A stretch of 64,000 nucleotides of DNA from the NCBI RefSeq assembly GCF_009914755.1, contig NC_060925.1, one strand, 5' to 3'. Made by a program: the position numbers and the translations under genes. Position 1 is the first letter of the stretch, and every line of letters starts with the position of its first letter. Shown piece after piece: positions 26,820 through 43,703 of the stretch. The notes below the pieces were generated by a model. That model searched no databases and had not been told where the DNA came from. It worked only from the letters and a program-made list of their open reading frames with translations. The DNA comes from the human T2T-CHM13v2.0 reference genome, Homo sapiens.

Positions 26820-29015
26820 TGATTTTGGCTTTCTCTGTTTGTGAGGACAGAGGTGTGGATGATCCTTTTCTGGATCCCCTTGAGAACGGAGCTTCATGGT
26901 CCTGTGACAGGGCTGGTGTTCTGAGAGGCTATGAAAGGAGGAACCAGTCTCCAGCCCTCAGCTTTTTAAGTTCTTCTGTGGCTGAGATAGAGGCAGCAAG
27001 GTTTCAATGGCTCTTTGGGAGCAGAAAAAGCTGTACAGAGGTTTAAGGGCATAGCCTCAGTCTCTCCCCCTTTCCCAGTCTCTCTCTCCATGACGAAGTG
27101 AACAAGGGGATCAAGGCTAAAATCTTTTGGAAACTGCTTCCTGGACTAGCTTGCTGGATGTATACTGAAGGGCAGGGCCTTTGGAAATAATCCTGCCTTT
27201 ATGCTGACAATACATGTTTTCCATACCCCACTTCACTTTGTGAATCCCCACAACAGCCGAGTGAGGGGGTGGGGTGCTGTACTCCTGACTGTCTCACTGG
27301 GGGTGACAGGGACGCTCACCTCCTATGAGAAGCAAAACCAAGGCTCATCTGGAGATTTCCTGGCCCCACCTCCACTCTGCTTGCTCTGTCTAGCCTGCAC
27401 CACTCCCTTCTCCCAAACACAGCCCGTGAGCCCAATATTCTTTCATCCAGAGAGCAGAATCCAAGTCCTGGTCTTTCTTTTACAGGTCTTATTCTGCTCC
27501 AAAGGGGGCCCCCAAGGAGGGGGTCAGAGTGAAGCTCTGCCTCGTTGTTTCTCTAGGTCCCATTTCACTGGTAACAGCTGAGCTTACTCTGTATTTTGCT
27601 TCTCTCGTTGCACAACGGACCTGCTTTGGGCCAGTCCAATGGACCAAGTTTGGGCAGGCAATGGCAGTCAGCCTTCTGTTTCTGTGTCTTGGGCATGGCC
27701 AGCCTGAAGCCAGTCCTGCTTTCTTCGGTTGATGAACCAAAGGTAGGAAAACTTCAGAATTGTCCCAGACTCCCAGGAGCACTCACAGGATTTTCCTTTT
27801 CCTCATTATCATCTGTCCCTCCTGGATGCCTGCAGGCTTCTTTTACGGACCCCACCTACCCTCCTCCAACCTGTGCGAAGTTCACAGTGCTTACTCTTTT
27901 CTTAAACACATTCCTCATGTGATTTCCTCTCCAGGGCATTTGGCCTCTTGAAGTAGGGAAAAAGAGCCTGGGGAAGGACTAAAAATCTTAGATCTGCATC
28001 TAATATTTGGGGTTTCTGAGGACCCTGGAGGGCTGGTGGCCTTGTATCCCTATGGGGATACAACCCAGGCATTTACATCCTCATATCCGGTCTTAATTTT
28101 TAAAGTCTGCCTTAGGTCAGTTATTTCAATTATTATTATTTTTTACTCTATTAGAGTTATTGCCTGGTGGGTTAAAGGAAATGGTGGGACCAGAAGTTAT
28201 AGTAACTTTGAGTGAGCTCCAGGATGAGTTGGTGATTAGCCTGAGAGCTAACCATCCCACGAGGTCCCTTCCTGAGATATTTACTCCTAATCCATACTTC
28301 CAAGGTTCCTGGTCTAGAGTAGCTGGGTTGTTTATTGTGATTAATATATGATTGGATTTTAAATTTTCACAGTTAGGTTGTGTGGGGCCCTTATATAAAT
28401 GTATTTTACCCCTTAAGGCTTTGTTTTTGGAAGAATGACTTACTCAGCCTTGGTATTAACTGGTCTACCAGACTGATTTCAGCTAGTGTAGGGCTTTTCT
28501 GAGAGGGCCCAATAATGGTTTGTTTTAGGTCATAGATATTTGTTTGCCTGTGACAACTGTCTTTGGTGTCCTAAAGTCCTTCAAGGTAAAACTTGGCAGG
28601 CATTAAATTTTACAGCTTGCGGGGTGAAAGTCTGAGTTATGTTGACTATTAGTTTGATTGGATGTTCCCTACTTTCCACCCCTAGTACTGGGCTCCATTC
28701 AATACTCGGGTTTCCTTTTACCCTTTGTGTTAGGATTAATCCTAACCATAACCATCCCCAATGACAGGGCCCGCTTATAGCTCTCTTCTAGGTTTTCCTT
28801 AGAGTTAGCTTTAAGGGTTCCTTAGGCGATTTATACACTTCCCATTTGCCCTTTTCCCTTTTACCCTTCCTTACATTTTTTTTTTACTGGTCCCTTGACC
28901 CAAGTGTAATGAGTCCGCCCTCGTTCAGCTGTTTCCATGGCTTTTTCGGTGGTCAGGAGCACTTGACAGGGACCTTCCCAGCTTGGGTGGAGCTTGTCTT
29001 CCTTCCAAGTTTTAA

Positions 29016-29621
29016 TCAGCACCAAGTAGCCAGGCTGGAAGTGGTGAACCGTGAACTCAGGGGTGGAGTTTGAGTCAGAAGTCCTTTTAACCTAAGAGAT
29101 GACAGGGTAGAGGATATGGCCAGTATATGATTTTTTAAAAATTGGTCTTTGGTTTCCATAGTAGGAAGCTTTGTAGCCTTGTTTAAATATGAGAGTCCAT
29201 ACAATAACTCAGAGGGGGACAATCCTAAGTCTTTTCTTGGGGTTGTCCTAATCCCAAGGAGTATCATTGGGAGACATTTGGTCCAAAGCATTTTAGTTTT
29301 TAAGATTAGTTTGGTAACGTGCTTTTTGAGAGTTTGATTTATTTTCTCTACCTTTCCAGAGGAGGGGGGATGCCAAGGGGTGTGGTAATCCCATCTAATG
29401 TGCAAACCTTCCATAATTCTCCTTAGCACCCTTGAGTTAAAGTGGCTTCCATTATCAGAATTAATATTTTTTTTTACCAGGCCAAATCTGGGTATAATTT
29501 GTTTTAAGATTATTTTGACCACATTCCTGGCTGTGGCAGTTGGGAGGGGGAAGGCCTTCACCCAGCTGGAGAGGTGGTCTACTATTACCAGCAGATACTT
29601 TAGTCTCTCTATTTTGGGCAT
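29016..29621 (-). pseudogene. Retroviral integrase catalytic-core remnant
   Basis: D,D(35)E-type core visible; frameshifted at a poly(A) run upstream and near the C-terminus. Confidence 0.85.
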
Positions 29622-32389
29622 TTCTGTAAAATTTACTTGAGTGCTTTGAAATGGCCTTAACCTAGGAGGTCTTCTTCCAGTAGTCGTTTTTTTTTTTTTT
29701 TTTTTTTAACTACCTTTTTGTTTATTCTCTGGCAGGTCACACAACCCTCACACACTTGTTTAGCAAGTGTATAAATCTCTATACACCCATAATTCTTGTG
29801 TATTGCATTACACAAGACTTTCCCCAATGACTTCCCTTATGCAGTATGACATCGGTTCTCTAATTATGGATTTGCTTATTATTACTCTCCTGTCAGGGAG
29901 CACTCACCTTCCATCCCCAGTTTGAGTGGCCCCTATCTTACCCAGCTCTTTCTCCTCCTCTTTAGAAAACTGGGGTCTTAATACCACATTAGGGATATCT
30001 GGTATTAGGCTACACAGTCTAACTTCTTTCTTCAGGGAGGCTTGCTTAGCAGCTTTATCTGCAAGCCCATTCTTTATAGCTTCTATAGTGTTTCCTTTCT
30101 GATGGTCATTTACGTGAACTATGGCTACTGGAAGCAAGAGGCTTTTTAAAACTTGTTTGACCAGTTCCCCATGTACTAATTTTTTCCCAGCGCTATTTAT
30201 TAGGCCCCACTTTGTCCAGATCTTTCCAAAGATGTGTACTACTCTATAGGCATATTTGGAATTAGTATATATAGTGCATTTTTGACCTTCTAGGAGGTTT
30301 AGGACCTGGTTAAGAGCATATAATTCACAGGTTTGGGTTGACCAGTTATTGGTTTACCTTTTTCACATAAGGATTGTTTGTTTCTATCAATGACAGCATA
30401 GCCATTATGTCTTTTGCTGTGTATTACTTGGGATGACCCATTCACAAACAGCCTTGTCCCATCATGTACTGGAGTTTCTCTAAGGTCTGGTTTAACTTTA
30501 GTTTGATAGTCTATGATATTTAAACAGTTACGGTTTGATGCCTCCTCATTCTCGTCTCCTTTCTATAAGAAACTGGCTGGATTCAAGCAAGTATCTATTG
30601 TTAAATCTATTGGATTTATCTATTGTTAAGACCAAATTATTATTATTATTATTATTAGTAGTAGTAGTAATATGAATTTATATTTTAAAATCTGGGAATT
30701 AGTTAACCATCTTCCAGCTTTTTGGTTTAATACATTCCAGACCTGATGTGGGGTGCTTACTACCAGGGCCCCGCTGAAGGTCAACTTTTGAATTTCCTCT
30801 ACCAGCAGAGCTGTGGCCGCTACTGCTTACTTGCACTTTTGTCTCTGTCTCCTGTCCTTTATGGCCTCTCTCTCTTTCTCTTTCTTTCTTTTATACTTGT
30901 TCTTCCTTTTACATTATCTTTCTCCCCAGTCTCACCATCTGTGTCTTTGATCTGTCTTTTCCTGTCTCTCTCTCACTTATTTCCTTTTTCTATTGCTTTC
31001 TCTGTCATCCCCTGTTTCCTTTCTCCCTTACACTCAGTTTCTTCCTCTTTCTGTCTCTCTCTGGTCCTCTACCTTTGCTGTTTCCTCCCCTTTCTCTTTC
31101 CAATTTACCTTCTTATTTTTTCTCTTCCTCCCTTTCCCAGCAAACAGAATATTTACAATTGACATCATTTCAGCCCAAGTATAAAAATTGGTCCTAAAAA
31201 TTGAACTACCTGCTCTGCTAAATCTAGGGGATTTTTTTATGGTGGCCTTATTTCCTTTTTAAAATTCCTAACCTCAGTACTTGTTAGAGGCACACCCACA
31301 AATCCAACTTCTTCCTGTCCCATAGGGAAGTCTCTAAGAGGGTACATGTTAGACACCTGCTGTTTAGAAGGAATAGGTAAATTCTCAAATTTTTTAAAAC
31401 ATTGTTCTAATTTTTTTCCTTAAATTTGGATAAGGATTTAAGAGAGCATTGGGTTTAGCTCCTTTATGACCCCCAGATTCCTCTTCCTCTTGCCTTCCTG
31501 TTGCCTCCTGATCTCCCTGTCCTCTACTTTGTGAGATGTATGGGGCAGGGGGAAAGCATGTTAGGGGATGCCAGGGATTTCACTGGGCAAAGGCCCTTTA
31601 TTATGCTCTTTTTTTTTCTTTAAGGGGGATCATGGGGGTTAATTCACTAATCCAACAAAAAGCATAACCCACCTCCTCTTGTGAGGTTGGAGTTTTGGTA
31701 TTTACATAGAGAATTAAGTTTGGCACACCCAGTCCTCATCTGAGCCAAACTTAGGCCAAAAGACTGAGGCTGATTAACGGGCTCTTTGGGCCAGATAAAA
31801 CAGCAATATTTATTATCTTTTGCTTTTCCTTGTCCCTGGTTCGAGGGTTATCCCTCCAAACCTGCAGCATTTTCCCCAATGGATTATCTGGGGGAATTTT
31901 AGAGGGGGGTCTCTTTAGTTTCCTTTTTCCTTTGTTTCCTAAGCCTAGAATTCTTATTTCCCGTTTTTGGTTAGTCTCTGTGTCTGAGCTTTTTCCTGTG
32001 TACTCAGCCCCCACACTGGAAGTTTCTTCGACACCTCAAGAATTGCTTCGTTTGTCTCCAGCTGTTTCCTCATGGGACAATTGGGACTCTGCACTCGCTT
32101 TGTATCTAAGGTACATCTTAGTCACACACACTCAACCTCTGAAAATGCCTAACCACCAAGGCAGTACTTATAGTCCAATTTTCCTACCTTGGCTCATGCA
32201 CAAGTTTGCCTAGTTGCCATGGTGCCTGCTTTTCTCCCTGTGTCACTTCCACTGTCTCCTGAATAACAGTCTCAGGTTTGTCTTCTGCTTTTGTGGGGAG
32301 CCAGGACACCCAGACAGAGCAGGCCACCTAAATCAGGTGGGATGTATCTCCCCTCTCAGCTGGAGTCCCACTCCATGCAGGCACAGAGT

Positions 32390-32407
32390 TCCCCATACGG
32401 GTTACCA
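32390..32407 (-). other. Primer-binding site complementary to tRNA-Ile
   Basis: TGGTAACCCGTATGGGGA vs TGGTGGCCCGTACGGGGA (15/18), 3 nt after the LTR end. Confidence 0.8.
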
Positions 32408-32410
32408 GGT

Positions 32411-32992
32411 TGTGAGAAAGAAACTCACCCATCCAATCCCAAAGAATGGACTCAGAGACCCAGAGAACAGCTAAAGTGAAACTTTTAATGATGGTCTTGC
32501 AAGACAGCTTGTCTGATGGGCAGGCACACCTAGCACAGTTACAACAAGCAATTTATCCCCTAGTGCACAGGTCCCTCTCCCGGACTCTTCATAGGCTAAG
32601 TACTATGGGGTCACAATCTTCCCAGACATCACCTATCACTTGTTGGGTTGGGGCTTTAGGTGTTGTCTTGCAGCATTTTGTTGCAGCCTACAATGCATTG
32701 CAATCCTAGTCAGCTCAGGGGCTCTTTAAGTATTTGACTTATGACCTAAGTAGTTGGGCAGGCTGATAAGAACAGACAAAGTGAGCTATTTTGCAGGCTA
32801 GTAAACTTTCATCTTAGACTAAACTTCTTTGGTTTGGGTGAGGGCAACTAAACAGGGGGCAGGGGCTACAAGCAGATGTTGGCTATCCAAGCAGGGGCCT
32901 AGTATATCCTGTGTTTTCTGTAGTTTGCTGACCTAAGACAATTTAAGGCACTTTATCTTGGAAATGGACCACTGTATACATTATTTCCTTCG
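32411..32992 (-). mobile_element. LTR10-family (LTR10C-like) 5' LTR
   Basis: Minus strand starts (C)GAAGGAAATAATGTATACAGTGGTCCATTTCC and ends TTTCTCACA, adjacent to the PBS. Confidence 0.75.
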
Positions 32993-33859
32993 TATCTCCA
33001 GCTCCAGTCAGAGCTAAAGTGAGCTTGGGTGAGCCAGGAGGATCAGTGGGCTGGCCCAGGCCATGGGAACAGAATACAAGTTAACTGGCCACAAATTTCA
33101 TCAGTGGACCCTAGACCAAGAACTTGGTCAGTTCAGTCCCCCTTACAGTAGGGGGCAGCAAAAATCCAAAATCCAGCAGAGGAATCCCAGGCTTTCCTTT
33201 GCGTGTGACCCCTAGGGCCTGGGGTTCCTGTCCTGAACCCAGATGCCATCAGTACAGGACAAGGGGAAAGGGGATAAAAAATGCTAAGCAGGAGGTAAAA
33301 GTTATGTTGATTGAGTTATTTCCTAAAATGAGATTTTCTTAAACCAGAAGAGACAGAAATATAGACATCTAATCAGAAATTTTATCTCCACCTCAGGTGG
33401 GTCAGTTGCTCAAGAAACAACATTATATCCATTCAGACTAAAGAAGTTGCTTGTTCTTTATACATTTCCATTTAGCGCATGAATTTTGCTATCCTAAAAA
33501 GCCTGATCTCCCTTTCTCCAGCTGAACTGGGAAAGACCCTCCAGTTGCACACCTCTCCAGCTCTGGTTTAGCTCCTGCTTCTCTGCTTTTCTCCAGGTCC
33601 CACCTTTAGGTCTGGGAAGCAGGCATAGATGCAGGTTTTAGATGTGTCTCAGCTGGCCTCCACATGACACCCCTGATGCCCACCACCTTTCACTGGCTCC
33701 TTAACTTGGGTGCCCCACTCATGCAATAAGGATCAGCTCAGCACCTCCCCTCCCGGAAGACTTTCTGAGTTCCACCCCTCCCCGCCTTTCCCTTCATTCC
33801 CCAACCAGTCCCATTTGATTCATCCTGCCTAGCTTCCTAGAACACTTTTTAAAAATTAT

Positions 33860-35844
<1,985 letters not shown>

Positions 35845-36426
35845 GGTTTGTCAAAGATCAGATGCTTGTAGATGTGTGTTGTTATATCTGAGGCCTCTGT
35901 TCTGTTCCATTGGTCTATATATCTGCTTGGTACCAGTACCATGCTGTTTTGGTTACTGTAGCCTTGTAGTATAGTTTGAAGTCAGTTAATGTGATGCCTC
36001 CAGCTTTGTTCTTTTTGCTTAGGATTGTCTTGGCTATGCGGGCTCTTTTTTGGTTCCATATGAAGTTTAAAGTAGTTTTTTCCAATTCTGTGAAGAAAGT
36101 CAGTGGTAGATTGATGGGGATAGCATTGAATCTATAAATTACTTTTGGCAGTATGGCCATTTTCACGATATTGATTCTTCCTATCCATGAGCATGGAATG
36201 TTTTTCCATTTGTTTGTGTCCTCTCTTATTTCCTTGAGCAGTGGTTTGTAGTTCTCCTTGAAAAGGTCCTTTACATCCCTTGTAAGTTGTATTCCTGGGT
36301 ATTTTATTCTTTTAGTAGTAATTGTGAATGAGAGTTCACTCATGATTTGGAGCTTTATTTGTCTGTTACTGGTGTATAGGAATGCTTGTGAATTTTGCAC
36401 ATTGATTTTGTATCCTGAGACTTTTC
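35845..36426 (-). mobile_element. Intermediate-age L1PA ORF2 fragment hosting the L1HS; continues at 38242-38260
   Basis: ORF 35915-36400 is diverged ORF2p; the fragment has no 3' UTR or poly(A). Confidence 0.85.
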
Positions 36427-38328
<1,902 letters not shown>

Positions 38329-38524
38329 TTATTTTTCAAGGCTACCAGGAAGCTGGAGAGAGAGAGATGGCTCCAGTGCTACCAAATTAACTGTTCTTAC
38401 CAAGATTCAACAATGTTTCTTGAATAAATTCTTCTAGAATTTTGAAAAAGTTGAATCTGACCATTTTTGTCTGTTTTTTCACTACTTTTATGGAGGGCAG
38501 ATTTGTTTTCTTCTCCACTAAAAA

Positions 38525-38825
38525 ATAATTTAAAATTTAATTTTAATTTTAGATGCAGGGGGTCCATGTGCTGGTTTGTTACATGGGTATATTGTATGAT
38601 GCTGAGGTTTGGGTGTGGATCCTGTCATCCAGGTAGTGAGCATTGTACCCAACAAGTAGTTTTTCAACCCATGTCAGCATCCTAAGCGAATTAATGCAGG
38701 AACAGAAAATCAAATAACACATGTTCTCATTTATAAGTGGGTGCTGAACATTGAGAACACAGGAACATAAAGATGGGAATAATAGACAGTGGGTACTACT
38801 GTGGGAGAGGGATGGAGAGAGGGCA
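38525..38825 (-). mobile_element. Short old L1PA/L1PB 3' end with twin-priming inversion
   Basis: 38525-38670 is the extreme 3' end in antisense; 38671-38825 is the adjacent upstream 3'UTR segment in sense. Confidence 0.8.
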
Positions 38826-39973
38826 GATTGTTAAAGGTCCTTACTTCATCATTTTCGCTGATGTCTCCTGTAGCAGCTTTTAATTTTGAGAACTGTTTTC
38901 TCACTCTTAAATTTAGCTGTTTCCAGAGTTCAATAGATTTCATCTAAGGTAGATGATGATCTTGGGGTTGAACAATAAAATAACAAAGTACACATATTTA
39001 TCTAATTAATTGCATAAAATTTTATGAAATTGCAACCTATTTTATTTAGTGTATGTAATAGTTACATTTTCACCTAAACTGTTTTCTGAACAAGTTCCAA
39101 TTTATAGAAATTTCATGTGATTTACACAATAAATGGTTTTTAGTGATGAATAAAACTGTATAGACATTCATAGATTACTAATGAACTTCAGAATATCACT
39201 AGAGTTATCAAAGAAATAAGTTTTCCATTAGTCTATGAACAATGAATTAAAAAGTGAATACAGAAAGCTTCTAACAAAGGGATAAATATAAAATGTAGAA
39301 CATTAGAAAACTTACTGCTAAACAGTTTTCAAGTAAGAAATATAATGTAATAATAAATATATGAAAAGGTAATTTGCTAAGTGATATGCTAACAAGATAC
39401 AAATACCACATACAAATAAGGCATCCTTTTATGTGTACAGAAATAGTATGGATGACTTTTAAGGAAAGTAACCACTAGGTGCATTCTCTGGGTGGAGAGG
39501 TTCACTATTTAATGAGGGTAGCAATCATACATGTGATTAGAAATAACTTCTGACAATAATGACAAAAATGGCTCTTGGAGAAAACATATTGAAGGTTTGC
39601 ACTTTATATTTTACAGATGGAAAATTATTTATTTATTTATCAACTCAGATACTTAAAACCCTATATTAAATCTCTTTACTGTGCCTTAATGAAGTCTCTG
39701 GCAGATTTTATAGCTTTCTGGTCACTTTCAGGGCTTAAAGACTTCAGTCCAGCACAATTTAAAAGATTTCTCTGCTCTGTCAGCTCAGACCTAAACCAGG
39801 TCCTGGGAATCTGCATTGGCAAGCAGTGGGTGGTCTGATCTACTTTCCTGCGTTGTTTCTCCTTCTCTGTCTTGTTCACATGGGGTTTGTTTTGGATATA
39901 TTCCTTTTTCCCATATATTGGGGTCTCAGTGGATAGTTTGGATGGGTGCTGCAGACTTTATAATCAGTAATAT

Positions 39974-40182
39974 CTCTCTCTGTCCCTCCCCGCAAGTAGT
40001 GCCCACTGTTTATTGTCCCCATCTTTAGGTCCCTGTGTTCTAAATGTTCAGCACACATAAATAAGAACATGTGTTATTTGGTTTTCTGTTCCTGTGTTAA
40101 TTCGCTTAGGATGATGGCATGAGTTGAAAAACTACCTGTTGGGTACAATGCTCACTACCTGGGTGACAGGACCTATACCCAA
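39974..40182 (+). repeat. Inverted copy of 38611-38821, including the same L1 inversion junction
   Basis: Reverse complement GTTTTTCAACTCATGCCATCATCCTAAGCGAATT vs gtttttcaacccatgtcagcatcctaagcgaatt. Confidence 0.85.
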
Positions 40183-40551
40183 TCAGGGACGCCTCCCCAA
40201 ATCCAGGGCACATGGCAAGCTCTTTCCAGCATCCCCTCACTGTTCTGTATGCTGGCAGTCAACCCAGCACAGCTGAACATCTCTCTTTCCACAGCACATC
40301 AAGCATCCGAATGAGATACAATACATCATCTCACTTTCCTGCAGAGACCCCCAATATCTCAGAGTGATTTTCTTATGGACTCTTTGCTTGGCTTGAAAAG
40401 TGGGAAAAACAAACTCTCCTTACTCACAAGGGGAGAAAAGGGGAAAATGCCACAGCTATTATCCCAAAGATATAAATTCCTTACTCCAAGAAACAATCTA
40501 TTTCAAAGAATGCTTCTAGAATGTCTAGGCCAGTCTATATATATAGGCTGA

Positions 40552-40983
<432 letters not shown>

Positions 40984-41252
40984 TGACAGGGTTAATTTCC
41001 TGGACCTCAGGATGCAGAAGCTTCAAAGCCCATCCTCTGAAAGCTGCCTAGTCCTCACTTCCCCCCTGAGGCCTTGGTGTAATCTCTATCCACCCTCCAA
41101 AGTCAGCTGAATCCTTAATGAGGTGGGCATGGGTGGGGGGGGGGTCTTAGTTTATTTCCACCCATCTCCATCTTTGTCCCCCTCTTCATGGGTATCTGTG
41201 ATGGTACAGGGCTTACGTTTGGTTCCTGAGGGAGGCTACTCCTCTTATCTGT

Positions 41253-41628
41253 TATTATAGGCTGAATTGTGTCCTCCCAAAATTCATATGTTAAAGTCCC
41301 AAGCCCAGGACCTCAGAAAGTGACCATATTTGGAGACAGGGTATTTAAAGAGGGAGTTAAGTTAAAATGAAGTCATCAGGTGTGGGCCCTAATCCAATAT
41401 GGCTGGTGTCCATATATGAAGAGAAAATTAGAACACAGACATGCACAGAGGGAAGACCAAGTGAGGACACAAGCAGAAGATGGATGTCTGTAAGCTAAGG
41501 AGAGAAGAAACAAAGCCCATCAACTCTCGATGTAAGACTTCTGGGATCCAGAATTGAGAGAAAATGAATTTCTGTTGTTTAAACCACTTTGTGACACTTG
41601 GTTTTGGCAGCCTTAGCAAACTAACACA
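41253..41628 (+). mobile_element. MLT1B-like MaLR solo LTR
   Basis: ctgaattgtgtcc...gggccctaatccaatatg...gcagccttagcaaactaacaca; TSD tctgt on both sides. Confidence 0.85.
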
Positions 41629-42239
41629 TCTGTCTTCCAAGGGTTTCCATGTCCAACATTTTCTCCAACTCTGCTCCTATTATTTCTTATTTCACAGCCG
41701 TGTCACACACTTGTCCAAGTCTCTTGAGTAAGGCTGTAAACCCTTGGATTAGGGTTTTAGCACTTCTGTGCACTGAGGGAGAGGTGGAGCATCCAATTTG
41801 CCTTACACACATGGGACGGTAGGGGGCGACAGAATCAGAGGCAGGAGTTTAGAAATGGCAGTAAATCCTGGAGATTTTGCTGGGCTACAGTAATGAGGAT
41901 AGGCGAAGAGCAGGAAGCTGCTGCAGAGGTCACAGCAAATCCCTTTTTCTTTCAAGACCTGATGGGATGCTGTCAATCCCAAGTAATCAGAGTCAACTGT
42001 GTTTTCCTCTATGAAGCATGGAACTCTGGTCTGCTTTTTATGTGGTGTATCTGGTTAACATAGCAAAACTTATATGTGATTATTATGTGTCAGGTACTAT
42101 TTAAAGTGCTTTAATAAATTTCTATATTGTAAATAATATTTTAATTTCATACTTTATTTTTATTATATCTTATATAAATTAACACACACACATACAGCCT
42201 AAGCCAGGTTTGTCCCTATAAAATATTTATTCTATTTTA

Positions 42240-42240
<1 letters not shown>

Positions 42241-42277
<37 letters not shown>
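42241..42277. repeat. (CA)n microsatellite
   Basis: Directly visible. Confidence 0.95.
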
Positions 42278-42279
<2 letters not shown>

Positions 42280-42375
42280 CAACAACCCAGTTAATTGACC
42301 TTCTTATTGTCCTTATTTTATAGAAACCAAGTTCTTTCCAGATAAGGTAAGTATCTTGCCCAAAGTTGAGTTGGG

Positions 42376-42678
42376 GGCAAGGCGCAGTGGCTCACGTCTG
42401 TAATCCCAGCACTTTGGGAGGCCAAGGCAGGCAGATCGCTTGAGCCCAGGAGTTGGAGACCAGCCTGGGCAACATGGTGAAACCCCACCTCTACAAAAAA
42501 TACAAAAAAATTTATCCAGGTGTGTTTGTGTGCACCTATAGTCCCAGCTACTAGGGAGGCTGAGGCTGGAGGTTCACCTGAGCCCAGAAAGTCGAGGCTG
42601 CAGTGAGTCATGACTGCACCACTGCACTCCAGCCTGGGTGACAGAGTGAGACATTGTCTCAAAAGAAAGTAAAAAATA
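42376..42678 (+). mobile_element. AluJ
   Basis: J diagnostics (cttgagcccaggag, cagcctgggcaacatgg, gaggctgcagtgag). Confidence 0.9.
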
Positions 42679-43104
<426 letters not shown>

Positions 43105-43410
43105 CTATGTGGCAGGGAGTGTGTCTTGCCCATTTTCATGTCCATTCCTTTAGTCTTTCTTTCCTCACTCAGCCTTGTTCTTGGTGTTTGGGAGACATTT
43201 GAAGCTTAATAAATATTTGCTGAGTTATTGACCTCTCTTCTCATTTCACAGTCAAAAACTTAAGGTTCAAATCCAAGGCCCCCAAACATCTTGACTCCTA
43301 TAGTTATTGCAAGGACTGACAGGGTGAGGTTCTGTGATGTTTCAGTCCCAAGGAAGCAGGGACCTATTTTAATAGAGATTCCTTGAGTTTTCTTTTAAGA
43401 TTCCAACTTC

Positions 43411-43703
43411 GGCCGGGCGCGGTGGCTCATGCCTGTAAACCCAGCACTTTGGGAGGCCAAGGCGGGCAGATCACGAGGTCAGGAGATCGAGACCCTCCCT
43501 GCCAACATGATGAAACCCCGTCTCTATGAAAAATACATGAAAATGGGTTTGATGGTACATGCCTGTAATCCCAGCTCTTCGGGAGGCTGAGGAAGGAGAA
43601 TTGCTTGAACCAGGGAGTCAGAGGTTGCAGTGAGCCAAGATCACGCCACTGCACTCCAGCCTGGCAACAGAGTGAGACTCCATCTCAAAAAAAAAAAGAA
43701 AAA
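43411..43703 (+). mobile_element. AluSc-like
   Basis: Full dimer; TSD agattcc..cttc. Confidence 0.88.

Larger units (their letters stand above)
28062..32992 (-). mobile_element. Defective HERV-I (HERVIP10-type) provirus: 5' LTR, PBS-Ile, gag remnant, pol RNaseH/integrase, 5' part of env; no 3' LTR
   Basis: Integrase core in ORF 29016-29621 (YLLVIVDHLSSW...SDNGSHF...PWHPPSSGKVE); RNaseH in 29904-30137; gag MA in 31751-32014 (IPPDNPLGKML); env-like QTLKIKTGYEDVNAW at the left end. Confidence 0.9.

Noticed and set aside
30830-31140. Pyrimidine-rich low-complexity tract
   Set aside because: Most simply the antisense of a purine-rich, charged-residue part of the HERV gag region
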